Source: Macrostomum lignano (taxonomy: Eukaryota). Taken from it: a stretch of DNA of 64,000 bases. Position numbers and translations under genes: made by a program. The notes under the pieces were generated by a model. It ran no database searches. It was not told the DNA's origin and worked only from the letters and a program-made list of their open reading frames with translations. The stretch spans positions 124,001 through 188,000 of the forward strand of contig NIVC01001681.1 in assembly GCA_002269645.1 (NCBI GenBank). The letters run 5' to 3'. Shown piece after piece: positions 7,880 to 38,228 of this stretch (positions are counted from its first letter, which is position 1; every line of letters begins with the position of its first letter).

Positions 7880-10094
7880 TGTAACCACGCTCTGGTCGCG
7901 GGATAGGGCATGGGAACTTTTTCGAAAGTGCCTCCTATCCCGTGCACCCTCTGCACAGAGCTGTCGAGACTCGGCCAGGTCTCCGACCGGGCCTGGAGAC
8001 TCCCGCTCTGCTGCACCCCTCCTGCTGCCTTGGTCCCGTCTCTCCTGCCGCCACACCTGCCTTTCCGGAGCCCCTACCCCTTTCTGTACCTCCCCCTCTA
8101 CCCTATCTCTTCTGTTCCCGCCCTATTCTTCCTGTACTTTCTCTACCTCCTCCCTTTTTTTTGTCTCCCTCTGCACTCTTTTCCTGCGCTGTCCCCTCTT
8201 TCCCTGTGTCTACTTACAGTACTTTGTGTGCTCACCGTCTCCCCATCCCCTCTCAAACTCCCAAACGGTGACGCAAGTCGTGTGACCCCTTCTCCCCCTC
8301 GGTGACTCATCGATGACTCATCCCCCTCTCTTGCGCAACCTTTTCTCACGCTATTGTTCTCCTTCCCAAATTTCTCATGTGACACCCACCCCACCTCCGC
8401 TTCTATTGTTCTCGTTTTTGCTTCTTTTGTTCTCTCGACCCCCACCAATTATCACATTTTCTCCGATTTTCTCTTTCTTTTGTTCTCGTTTTCGCACCTA
8501 ATTATCACCTTTTCTCCAATGTTTACTTTTCCATTGTTCTCAGTTTTCCCCAATTATCCCCGATTTCCAATTCCTTTGTTCTCGACCCCAGCCCTATTGT
8601 TCTCAATGTTTGCTTGCGCAACACTTTCGCGACCACCCGCTGCGCCAATTATCCCCCCACCCCACCTCCGGATTGCGCAATTTCCCGATTTCTCATGTTG
8701 CTATGCCGGTCTCATGCTTCTCATCATGACTCATTCTGACGTCATTCTGCCGGCAGCCAATCAGAGAGAGGGAGCCATGGTAACGACCTTGAGGAGGCGG
8801 CTGTGAGGTCTATAAAAGGAAGCGATTTCGGCATGAGAATACTCAACTGAGGTTATCTCTGTTCCTCTCCTCGTCCTTCTTTGGACTTGCTGTCAGATTG
8901 AGCTCTGACCCATTCGTCTATAAGACGAATCCCTGCCGGTCCGCGGTCTGTTACCGCCAAGTTATCCTTAGCTCCCCAAGTGAGCTCGCCTATCGGCCAG
9001 CGGTCTGATACCGCCCAGCATCATCAGCATCGCCTGATCTACATCAGCGCCTCGTCGCTCCAGCGCATCGCCGCTTCACCGTCTGCCTGACTGCAGCCTA
9101 CAGCCGCCCTCGGTCACTCCGTCTCTCTCTCTCTCTCTGTGCAGCTGCCGGTAAGTTCCTGCTACTAATTTGTGCTCTAATTGCCTTTGCTTATCCGGGG
9201 TTTGCCTATTTTCCATTGTCTGATTAGAGAGCTGAGCCAATTGTGATACCGTATCTTTTGCTGTATTTTACTCAATAGTGAAGCCGCCTAATTGCCTGCT
9301 TATTTGCCTAAGGGCCTAATTATTAACTATTAACTAACTTCATCATTATTCAATCTTTCACCATCATTTCACTCATGGCTTACTAAGCCTTTCTCCCGGG
9401 GTGGCAAAGCATAAGGAAGTTTGGGTAAGCTAATGGCCTCTCCCCGTGCAAAGCCCGCCTGTGAGGGCGTGCTGCGGGGCCGCGTGTGCGTGCAGTAGAG
9501 GGATTAGCGAGTCTTGGCACAGAATGGCAGTAGGAAGGTTGCAACCCCATGCTAACGCGTCCCTTCGCCCTGAGCAATCTAAACTGTAGACAGTACATGT
9601 TCGCCTCATACTACTCTTAGTAATCAAAGTCGCAAGTCAGCCTCGCTCACAGCCACAAAGGATCCCCTGCTGAGAAATCCTCCAGGATTGAGCCCAGAGT
9701 TCCCGATCATGCCCCAAGCAGAGTCCCTGTACTCGGCTGCATGCGTCTCCCCTGTTAGCCTAAATCCCCTGGTAACCAATCCAGGCGGGGCTCTAGCCTC
9801 GAGAGGTCTGGTAGAAAGATCCAGGTGCGCCAGGTCACATAGAGTGGTGGCAGCCACTCGGTCATACTACGACCGAGTGACCAACTATTGCACCTTGGCT
9901 ACAGGTGGGGTCCATGTGGGTCCTTGGCCCTCTGGTCACGAAGCGCTACCAAAGCTACTAATCATGTGGGCGGGACAGTCTGGTGCTGGAGGTCCGTCAG
10001 GTCATTGCCCGGTCATAGGCAGCCTACGGTCATTGCCCCCTCTAGTCATGCGTTCGTCTCTCTACGGAGCGGACAGGCGACAAGGGCGGTTACA
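7880..10094 (+). repeat. 3' LTR, 2215 bp
   Basis: Perfect 7-bp terminal inverted repeat TGTAACC/GGTTACA, an upstream PPT, an internal promoter, and an abrupt switch to unrelated minisatellite after 10094. Confidence 0.75.
8727..8817 (+). promoter_or_regulatory. LTR U3 promoter
   Basis: TGACTCA (AP-1-like) and TGACGTCA (CRE) at ~8727-8744, CCAAT 8757, TATAAAA 8811; two more TGACTCA at ~8303-8320. Confidence 0.65.
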
Positions 10095-11224
10095 TCACAC
10101 ACACAAATCTTTCCAAATCCTCAAAACTTACACACACAAATCTTTCCAAGTCCTCAAAACTTACACACACAAATCTTTCCAAATCCTCAAAACTTACTCA
10201 CTAAAAATCTTCCCAAATCCTCAAAATTTACACACACAAATCTTCCCAAATCCTCAAAATTTACACACACAAATCTTTCCAAATCCTCAAAATTTACACA
10301 CACAAATCTTCCCAAATCCTCAAAATTTACACACACAAATCTTCCCAAATCCTCAAAATTTACACACACAAATCTTCCCAAATCCTCAAAATTTACACAC
10401 AAATCTTCCCAAATCCTGAAAACTTACACACACACAAATCTTCCCAAATCCTCAAAACTTACACACACACAAATCTTCCCAAATCCTCAAAATTTACACA
10501 CACAAATCTTTCCAAATCCTCAAAACTTACACACACAAATCTTTCCAAGTCCTCAAAACTTACACACACAAATCTTTCCAAATCCTCAAAACTTACTCAC
10601 TAAAAATCTTCCCAAATCCTCAAAATTTACACACACAAATCTTCCCAAATCCTCAAAATTTACACACACAAATCTTCCCAAATCCTCAAAATTTACACAC
10701 AAAAATCTTCCCAAATCCTGAAAACTTACACACACACAAATCTTCCCAAATCCTCAAAATTTACACACAAATCTTCCCAAATCCTCAAAATTTACACATA
10801 CAAATCTTCCCAAATCCTCAAAATTTACACATACAAATCTTCCCAAATCCTCAAAATTTACACACACAAATCTTCCCAAATCCTCAAAACTAACACACAC
10901 AAATCTTTCCAAATCCTCAAAACTAACACACACAAATCTTCCCAAATCCTCAAAATTTACACACACAAATCTTCCCAAATCCTCAAAATTTACACACACA
11001 AATCTTCCCAAATCCTCAAAATTTACACACACAAATCTTCCCAAATCCTCAAAATTTACACACACAAATCTTCTCAAATCCTCAAAATTTTCACACACAA
11101 ATCTTCCCAAATCCTCAAACTTGCACACGCAAATCTTCCCAAATCCTCAAACTTGCACACGCAAATCTTCCCAAATCCTCAAAACTTACACACACAAATC
11201 TTCCCAAATCCTCAAACTTGCACT
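10095..11224. repeat. 33-bp minisatellite (ACACACACAAATCTTCCCAAATCCTCAAAATTT)
   Basis: Direct tandem copies in RB1CC1 intron 3. Confidence 0.95.
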
Positions 11225-11302
11225 AACAAGCGCAAATCCCTAAACTGCAACCCCCAAGCTTATCAATTCAACCAATCAACAGGCAAAATTCCCAGCGCTC
11301 AC

Positions 11303-12524
11303 CTCAGCGAGTGCCACGCGCTGCCTTAGGCATTCAGCGGTAGCTGCCTGCTGTGCCACAGAGACGCGGACTCGATCGCAGATGTCGGAGTGCTTGGCCG
11401 CGAGCGTGCTGGCCACGGGCGCTCTGTCACTGCGAATGCTGTCCACGTTAAATAGGAATATCGGATTGCCCGGGTCCTGCGGGAAGAGTGGTTGCTAGGG
11501 TGAGCACAGGCAGCGAAACCATTGATAGGAAGCGCTAGCCGAGTCCGATATTTGAGTCGCGCATTAAAGCTCAAGCCCTTAGATCACTTCACATTACCGA
11601 AATTGTCACAAATTCGAAAAGAAACTTTCTAAGAAATGACTTCTTCTGCTCTATTTAACACAGAATTAAACCGTCAATCAATCAAATTCTAGGATCTATA
11701 ACTAGGATGAGCAACAGGTCTCATTAGATCCTGTAGGAATATTAGCCAAATACCGAGTGTACTCACCAGACCAACATGGTACTGCTCAACCAGGTTGCTA
11801 CCCTGCATATAGACGCCGCCAGAGGCTAAAAGCACCTGATTAGCTATTGGAACATTCAATGCAGATTGAAGCTCCTCCTGCAGTACTGTGATGCTAAAAT
11901 TTGAAGTCATAATATTATGTTTCTTTATAATAGAGCCCTGCTATAGCTATGGTCTATGGATACAGCTACAAGTGTAGTTATGGGAACACATAACTCCCAG
12001 ATCTAGTTCTATCTAGTGATAGTTGGCCTTTCAATAACTGAGACTTAAAAGACCATTGGGGCCCTTAATTTCATTGGTGGGGGGGTAGTCCCCTGGGCTT
12101 AGGGACTCAAGCAAAACAGATTTTTAATGCCACATTTGGCTAAAGTTAATGCAGTGAATGCAGTCCCAGTCATTCTTCTAATACAATAAATAAATGAGAC
12201 CTGTTAATGAGTGAGAAACTAGGGACATTGGATTTAAAATTGTTAAAAGTTATCTGGGGAAAATTATGGGAAATTAAGTAGGTATACAGATTTGATATGA
12301 ATATGAATAGGCTACCATTACATAAAAATATACATAGCAATAGATAAGGATAAAGGAAAATGTAGGTCACAATGGACCTATAATTCATTAGAGTAAGAAA
12401 AAATACCTAAATGCTATTTTAGATACAAATAAAAAGTCACTCACCTTCTTTTTAAGAAGCCTGCATCTACTGTATGAATGGAACCATTGTCCATCAAGAA
12501 TATATAAATTGCTTCTTGATTCAT
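11303..12524 (-). CDS. RB1CC1: RB1CC1/FIP200 (Atg11/Atg17 family), first three coding exons: 12524-12445, 11893-11767, 11476-11303; the rest lies beyond the window start
   Basis: The spliced frame MNQEAIYIFLMDNGSIHTVD...LQSALNVPIANQVLLASGG...DPGNPIFLFN matches the FIP200 N-terminal ubiquitin-like domain (LYVFL..G, HQVLV..GG, NPIFLFN). Introns are GT-AG with consistent phases 2 and 0. Confidence 0.85.
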
Positions 12525-13050
12525 TGTATGTGAAATCAGTGCTGAAACATGAAACAATAATTAAAGATAGTTAAAAAGGTCAAAAAAACACAGATACCAA
12601 ATCATAATACATATAGTAAAGCACATTTATAGAGCATTATTAAAAGTATCACTAGGCATAATAAATATGTCATGTCTTTAATATTTTCTTTTATAAAGTA
12701 TATCTTATTATAAAACAATTTAAGAGCATTCTACTTCTATTTAGAAATTACAAATAAAGCTATACTATGCTAGGCTAGGTAATAAAAGGTCTACCCAAAG
12801 TAAGTCACAAAAATGCCTAAGCTTACTTAAAAAAAGAAAAGAAGAAATAAAAAGGCAAAAGAGAAGGGAAAAAAGAGGCAAGGAAGTGAAAAAAGAAAAT
12901 AAAAAGAAAAAGAAAAAAGCAAAAGCAGAGACTATATTGTACCCAAATGCAATTAAATCACAATTCTTGGGAAAAACTAAGTTGAATTAGGCCTACTCAG
13001 GTAAAATTTTATAGTTGGGTATATATAAGTATAAAACCAAGCTATTTTTG

Positions 13051-13400
13051 GGAAATTTGCACGTCTGAGAAAAAGTAGAATTAAGAAGGTAAGCACTATC
13101 ATTTTTTATGCAACATGTTTCGCCTCGCGTCAGGCATCATCCGGCTCTTAAAATTAGTAATGATTTATTTGTTCATTAATATTTAACAATTAAGACTAAG
13201 AACGGGTTGATAATCTACTGTTAATTTATATACGTACAATCTACGTACAATATACATACAATCTATGTACAATCTACTGTTAATTTTATATACATTTCTA
13301 ACTTTTATCGACCAATTCTTAGTCTTAATTGTTAAATATTAATGAACAAATAAGTTGTTACTAATTTTAAGCGCCTGAAGATGCCTGACGCGAGGCGAAA
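13051..13400. mobile_element. Short Penelope-like insertion with inverted arms and decayed hammerhead motifs
   Basis: Flanked by a 13-bp direct repeat CAAGCTATTTTTG (13038-13050, 13401-13413). Arms of ~88 bp (13116-13203, 13316-13402) are inverted. CTGAAGA-T-GCCT-GACGCG-AGGC-GAAAC lies at 13375-13401. Confidence 0.65.
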
Positions 13401-14823
13401 CAAGCTATTTTTGTATATATTATTTGTTTTCATGAATATTAAATGATATTGAATGACAGTAATCCTATGACATATATCTATAGAAATAAATATAATTCTA
13501 TATTATAAAATATATGCTATTGCTATAATATACTTTTTTAATTTTAGGAATCTAGCATAGGATAGGAGGGCCTAGAGCTCTGTATATTGAATATTGGATA
13601 ACATTGTTAAACTAAAATAGGACTACTTCAAGTTCAAGCTCAAGTTGAAGCAAGTAAAGTGTTATTCCATTTTACAAATAACACTTTTTGAGCGACAATC
13701 CCACAGAAGCTTAATCTTAACACCAAGAAAAATATTATCAACTGAGTTGACTTGGCTTTACACTACGGCAAGGAACCATGAATTAGGCCTATTAGAGTTA
13801 GGAACCAGCACCACCTCTGTCAGTAGTATTAATTTTTATTGTATTTCCCAAAATCAAATAAGTTCACTGTCGATCAGCTGATAATCATACACAATAAAAG
13901 CGACAAATAATGCAAAAACAATATTTAGTCATATAAAATTAAAATAATTTATTAAACCGACACTATAGTCTATGACTTAAAGCCGATTAAAGCCACAAAA
14001 GCGGAGAAAATGTTTAAGTTCAAAAAACCCGGAAAAGTACGAGTTAGACTTTTGAGTTCGTATATTTCGTGCTGGTAATTGTGTCATTCATCATGCTAAA
14101 AATTCTTCAAATGCCTACTTATTACATAAAATTTATAACTTCCAACATCAGTCAAGTAACTAGTAGAACCACTATAGTTGCCTTAAGTGTTAAAATCAAG
14201 GAGCTTGATCTTTTTGCGTAAAAATAAATATATTGAATTGGGATACCTTTTATTCAATGATTTCGACATAGAATTCTGTGGATTTCGGTCATTTCAGTCA
14301 GGACGATCAAACGTAAGGTTACAGGTACGAAATGCAAATTATTACATTCGATCAATTCAATGAAATCTAATAAATAATCCTACACAAAATAGCTTACACA
14401 ACGTGCATTTTGGTGTACATTACAAGTAACATTTTACCATTGATTTACTTAATAACCAAAAACAAGGAATATTTTAGATTACATTAATTGGCTCAAGCAC
14501 AGAAACAAATTACTGCATACGCTAAACACGTTAAGGTTAGATTAACAAACCATATTTTAAATATTTGCTAATTACAAACAAAAAGACACAAATGTATTCG
14601 CGAAAACAGAAGTTTTCTAATTTTTTAATATTGTAGGATTTTTTATTACTTTATGAAATTATTCAAAAACTGCTGTGTATTAGTGAGTAAGAAATCGTCA
14701 CCATTAATTTATTCTTTGCGAGTTGTACAAGCGTACAGTAAATATCTATAACGATATTGTAGTTTTCCACAGCTTGGCGTCACGTAGTCATCCGATTTCG
14801 ATTTCTGAAGCATTTTGATCTCA

Positions 14824-23898
<9,075 letters not shown>

Positions 23899-25670
23899 GC
23901 TGGTTGGTTTGTTTGTCTTAAACCTGAATGAAAAACTCTGACTGAACTCTCTGTCTTTAACACTGAAGCGGATCAACAGCAAAGCACTATGTCAGTTAAG
24001 CTAAAATGTTCCGGAAGAAAAATCTAAATTAAACCAATTGGGTCGTATTTATACAGCACGCGTGCACAAATAGGTTAGTGCAATTTGCTTACAGAATTCG
24101 AAATTTGAACTGACAACTAGAAAACTACTATGAGTAGCTAGCAGTTTTTTTCTGTCTCTGAATCCCCTCGTTTGTCACTGCGTACTTTTATATAAATAAT
24201 TATTGTCATCCGCGTGCAGAAACTCAATCGAACTGGTGAGGTTGCTTCTGTTTTCAAATTTGAACTATATATTTGCATATATTCAGCAAACTCAAAAGCC
24301 AGGTTAAGTAGATCCGTGTGCAATTTAAATAAACCGCTCATCTTTTTTATGTTGAAAATTGAAATCCTATCCCTACTCTACTAAATATTGGTTTTCCTTA
24401 GTACTAAAATTAGTAAGTCCAGACAAAGTTTATCTAATAATCTAATTTGTCAGCCACGTCTCGCTGTCACCATTTTCTGTTTAGTTTAACTGTTTGGTCT
24501 GTTTTTCACTGTCGCTCTCTTTATAAGAAAATATGCAATTGTTTTCAGGTTGCAGAAATTTGAAATATAAAAAGAACTCAAATCAGCAAGTTGCAAGCTC
24601 TCCCTCTGCCACTCTCTCTTTTTCTCCTCTCGTTACTCTCGTATAACTGTCGAATGTTTTAACCCACAAAAGAAGCAGACTGTTTTGTATATTTTCTTCT
24701 TTTTTCAAAACTTCAAGACGGTCAAATCAGTATGGGGGAGCATATTCGTTGCAGACTACTAATGAGTAGGCTGAATCTGAGTTGCAATTAGTTTGTACAT
24801 GTGCTGTAAACTTTGACTAGAAACTATCCAAGATTGATGGATAGGTGGATGGATCATTGGTTGGCTGCTTGTATGTTTCCGAAAATTCCTGTGTGTCAAT
24901 GATTTGAAATTACAAATACTGCTTTTCAGAAAAGCACCCAGCCACAAAACCGCTTTTCTGCATTGCTATTCTGCGGGACGAATATTTGCATTGGAGATTA
25001 AAATACAACAGCAAAAAAATGCGACTACACGCATAATTGCAAACTGCTACTTTTAGTAGTAGCACAAAAGATAGGCTGAATAAGCGCGCATTATCACGCG
25101 CGTTTCGTTGACGTAAGCAATCGAGAATGAGAAATGCCAAACACTGGCGCAAGCTCTGGTCGGTCAGTAGCGCGCAGTTGACAAGCAGGCGGCAAGCTAG
25201 TAATTCCAAACACAAGCGCGCAAAAAGTGTTTTAAAGAGTTAACCGCACAGATTTTGCTTTCATATTTGACTAATCAAGCTGCTACGGACCCCCAGTGAA
25301 GTCGACACAACCAGTGTCGCGCAGGCGACATTCATCTGGGGCTTGTGCAGCCAAACTACTGGCCTGGGGTTGTCGTGCAATTTACAGCCATGAGAGCCAA
25401 ATCCCCCCCCAAGGCACAGAGTGTACATGTCTGACGATTAGAAAGTCGGGGCCGCTGTACACCCTGTGAGTGCGTGCCTGCGTACAGTATTGGCGCGCTG
25501 GTATTGTGCTCAGAAGCCAGCGGAATCCTGCGAAGGCCCGTAGCTTAAAACTTACTGCGCGATTTTGCTTAGATGGAGTTTTGCACGCTTGTGAACATAC
25601 ACATGCAGGTAGCAAAAGTACATGCGAGTAAGCAGGCCTATGCCATGCCGCGGTTGTCTAAATTTTAGGG

Positions 25671-33741
<8,071 letters not shown>

Positions 33742-34587
33742 TATTTAATATAAATTCAAACCCTCTGGAAGAGGGGGGAGACACAGCGAGACACCGAGAG
33801 AGAGAGAGAGAGAGAAGGAGAGAGAGAACCCTCGGGGCTCGCAGCGGCCGGGCGGAGACAAACACAGCACCAGCCGGCTCCTCCTCCCCGGAGTAAACAC
33901 AGCTGGATAAGTCAAGTGGCGGTGTGAGCCCACCTGTGCTGCGCTGCCTGTTGCTTAGATTTGTGTTTGTATTTATGATTTTGTCCGCCTGTCTCCGGGC
34001 TTCTGTATACACGCGCGTGTTTGGCTCCGACTGTTTATCCCCCGGCTAGGAAATTTACATTTTACCAAATCGGCGCGGCAACCCCACAGATTGGCCATCG
34101 AGTCAGTTGCCGTGCGATCCGCCCCCGGCCCAATAGCGGACAGGCTGGCTGGTGGAAGCTAGAATATTCGCGCTAATCCCCCTCCCCCCACCGAATTTCA
34201 ATCTGGAGCCAATGGCGAGGCTTCTGACGGTTCCACTGAGATTTTGCCTAATATAATTCTGACAATGATAGCTGATTGTACGCTCCCTTTTTGTCTTTTT
34301 TTGGCTCAGAGGCTCCCGGGTTCGATTCCCTGGCGAAACTGGCCTGGCGAGTGTCTTCTTGTGAGAAACTGGTTTTTGCCATATTCCACAGCTGCTCCCC
34401 AATGTACATTTACCCGATGTACAAATTTCATCACGTGACTGCTTTCCCTCAATAAATATCCAACCACCCTCCTTATTTTTGCATTATAATAGCGTGAACT
34501 AAGTGTGAAATAATGATATTTGTGCTGGACAAAATACAAGTACGATGCACTTGTTTAGCATGTTGCTTTGTTGAACACCTCAGCTTA

Positions 34588-36660
34588 CATACATACTGAA
34601 CAATCTGCCATTATTCACCTCCGCTACATACTGAACAATCTGCCATTATTCACCTCCGCTACACACTGAACAGTCTGCCATTATTCACCTCCGCTACATA
34701 CTGAACAATCTGCCATTATTCACCTCCGCTACATACTGAACAATCTGCCATTATATTATTCACCTCCGCTACACACTGAACAATCTGCCATTATTCAACT
34801 CAGCTACACACTGAACAATCTGCCATTATTCAACTCAGCTACATACTGAACAATCTGCCGTTATTCAACTCAGCTACATACTGAACAATCTGCCATTATT
34901 CACCTCAGCTACACACTGAACAATCTGCCATTATTCAACTCAGCTACACACTGAACAATCTGCTATTATTCACATCAGCTACATACTGAACAATCTGCTA
35001 TTATTCAACTCAGCTACATACTGAACAATCTGCCATTATTCAACTCAGCTACATACTGAACAATCTGCCATTATTCACCTCAGCTACATACTGAACAATC
35101 TGCCATTATTCACCTCAGCTACATACTGAACAATCTGCCATTATTCAACTCAGCTACATACTGAACAATCTGCCATTATTCACCTCAGCTACACACTGAA
35201 AAATCTGCCATTATTCAACTCAGCTACATACTGAACAATCTGCCATTATTCAACTCAGCTACACACTGAACAATCTGCCATTATTCAACTCAGCTACATA
35301 CTGAATAATCTGCCATTATTCACCTCAGCTACACACTGAACAATCTGCCATTATTCAACTCTGCTACACACTGAACAATCTGCTATTATTCAACTCAGCT
35401 ACACACTGAACAATCTGCTATTATTCACCTCAGCTACACACTGAACAATCTGCCATTATTCAGCTCAGCTACACACTGAACAATCTGCCGTTATTCAACT
35501 CTGCTACATACTGAACAATCTGCCATTATTCACCTCAGCTACACACTGAACAATCTGCCATTATTTACATCAGCTACACACTGAACAATCTGCCATTATT
35601 CACCTCAGCTACATACTGAACAATCTGCTATTATTCACATCAGCTACACACTGAACAATCTGCCATTATTCAACTCAGCTACACACTGAACAATCTGCCA
35701 TTATTCAACTCAGCTACACACTGAACAATCTGCCATTATTCAACTCAGCTACATACTGAACAATCTGCCATTATTTACATCAGCTACACACTGAACAATC
35801 TGCCATTATTCACATCAGCTACACACTGAACAATCTGCCATTATTCAACTCAGCTACATACTGAACAATCTGCCATTATTTACATCAGCTACATACTGAA
35901 CAATCTGCCATTATTCACCTCAGCTACATACTGAACAATCTGCCATTATTCACCTCAGCTACATACTGAACAATCTGCCATTATTCACATCAGCTACATA
36001 CTGAACAATCTGCCATTATATTATTCACCTCCGCTACATACTGAACAATCTGCCATTATTCACCTCAGCTACATACTGAACAATCTGCCATTATTCACCT
36101 CAGCTACATACTGAACAATCTGCCATTATTCACCTCAGCTACATACTGAACAATCTGCCATTATTCACATCAGCTACATACTGAACAATCTGCCATTATT
36201 CACCTCAGCTACACACTGAACAATCTGCCATTATATTATTCACCTCCGCTACATACTGAACAATCTGCCATTATTTACATCAGCTACACACTGAACAATC
36301 TGCCATTATTCACCTCCGCTACATACTGAACAATCTGCCATTATTCAACTCAGCTACATACTGAACAATCTGCCATTATTCACCTCAGCTACATACTGAA
36401 CAATCTGCCATTATTCACATCAGCTACATACTGAACAATCTGTCATTATTCACATCAGCTACACACTGAACAATCTGCCATTATTCAACTCAGCTACATA
36501 CTGAACAATCTGCTATTATTCAACTCAGCTACACACAGAACAATCTGCCATTATTCAACTCAGCTACACACTGAACAATCTGCCATTATTCACCTCAGCT
36601 ACACACTGAAAAATCTGCCATTATTCACTCAGCTACACACTGAACAATCTGCCATTATTC
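34588..36660. repeat. 35-bp minisatellite (TACAYACTGAACAATCTGCCATTATTCAMCTCAGC)
   Basis: About 59 tandem copies upstream of FoxF. Confidence 0.97.
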
Positions 36661-36710
36661 TTAAAAGGATAACATGATCCTTTCACATGATGTAATGCGT
36701 GTATGAGATA

Positions 36711-36865
36711 CAAGGGGTCCGTCGCCCAGTGGTCTAGTGCGGCGCTTTGATGTCTGATATACCTGCGGCACAGGCTCGATTCCAAGTGCAGTCTCATTAA
36801 TTTGGGGCTAAATCTTGGCTCTCTGCTCGTGCAATTTACGCCTTTGAGGGTAACTAAGTGACTGA
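36711..36865 (+). mobile_element. tRNA-derived SINE
   Basis: A-box-like GCCCAGTGGTCTAG and B-box-like GGCTCGATTCC; reverse-complement similar to 48847-49009. Confidence 0.75.
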
Positions 36866-37661
36866 CAAAGTAATTCTTAGAAATGTGAATTTAAATTTTC
36901 CAATACAAACCTTTTTGACTCACCAAAACAGGCTCCCTTTCCCAACCTTCACACGTGCTAACTAAGAAATGAAATTGTTGCTTTCGCACCCACCTGAGAC
37001 GGGGCAGGTCTCGCTTCTTCGAAAGCGGAAAACAGCGCCGGTCCAAACTGAGTCTTACTTACCAGCCTGCGAGCTTCAGCATCTGATGCCAACCCAGTGA
37101 CAAAAATATTTTTTATGACTATAATTGGGCTGGAGTGGTCGAACTGAATCATTCTTGGGTGTTGGCCAATACAATAATTACTATTCGGGACTGAATCAAT
37201 TCTTAGTCTGGTCCAATTTGCTGCCCAGTTCCAACAGCTGAGAGCATTTCTTCGCAATGGAAGACTCCGGCTTGACGGATGAGGAGAAGAAGCTGGCCAG
37301 ATGTGGAGTTCGCTCAGGCATCTGTGGAATTGCTTGTTATTCAAATCCCTGTTTTCATTTCAACAGAGAAGATTTTGAGATATTCTTTATCACAGGTTTT
37401 CGCAGGGCTGTTCTAAGTTTAATGCAAGCGAGCTTTGAAACTTTTTCAGATCTTAATACATAAGGTTGGTCATATGCTTTTAAAATACGTCATCAGCCTC
37501 ATAAGCCTGACGGGCATTCGGGATCTTCAACAAGGTTGAAAACAAATTGAGCATTTTGCTGTGAAGAATTAAATTACAAGTTATGCACTGATGGCGGCTC
37601 TCATATTGTGCGAGTTTAACACAACAATTTAGCTTTTTGGAAAGCAGAATCTTAATTATCA

Positions 37662-38228
37662 ATCTGTCCAATCATTCATCTCAACGATCTCATAGATCTA
37701 CTGAACAAACTCATCGATCTACCCAAAAAAACCCATCAATCTACACAATTAAACTCATCAACAAACTCATCATCTACTCAACAATCTCATAAAATATTCA
37801 ACAATCTCATCGATCTACTCAACAAACTCATCGATCTATTCAACAAACTAATCGATCTATTCAACAAACTAATCGATCTATTCAACAATCTCATGGATCT
37901 ACTGAACAAACTCATCGATCTACTTAACAAACTCATCGATCTACTCAACAAACTCATCGATCTACTCAACAATCTCATCGATCTACTCAACAAACTCATC
38001 GATCTACTCAACAATCTCATCGATCTACTCAACAAACTCATCGATCTACTCAACAATCTCATCGATCTACTCAACAAACTCATCGATCTACTCAACAATC
38101 TCATCGATCTACTCAACAAACTCATCGATCTACTCAACAATCTCATCGATCTACTCAACAATCTCATCGATCTACTCAACAATCTCATCGATCTACTCAA
38201 CAAACTCATCGATCTACTCAACAATCTC
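37662..38228 (+). repeat. 21-bp minisatellite (CTACTCAACAAACTCATCGAT), left arm
   Basis: Tandem copies; same unit as 39115-40605 in the opposite orientation. Confidence 0.95.

Larger units (their letters stand above)
1..10094 (+). mobile_element. Non-autonomous Ty3/gypsy-like LTR element (gag-pro plus cargo ORFs, no pol); 5' end outside window
   Basis: Gag and protease-like ORFs, a purine-rich tract at 7860-7879 immediately followed by TGTAACC (7880), and matching GGTTACA at 10088-10094. No RT/RH/IN motifs were found by eye between 3470 and 7880. No second LTR copy in the window, so linking gag-pro to this LTR is inferred. Confidence 0.7.

Noticed and set aside
9688-11128. ORFs with NPQNLHTQIFP repeats
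   Set aside because: They are read-through from LTR sequence into the 33-bp minisatellite.
34290-34350. tRNA gene (GGTTCGATTCC B-box)
   Set aside because: No cloverleaf or A-box at the proper distance; at most a decayed SINE or tRNA fragment.
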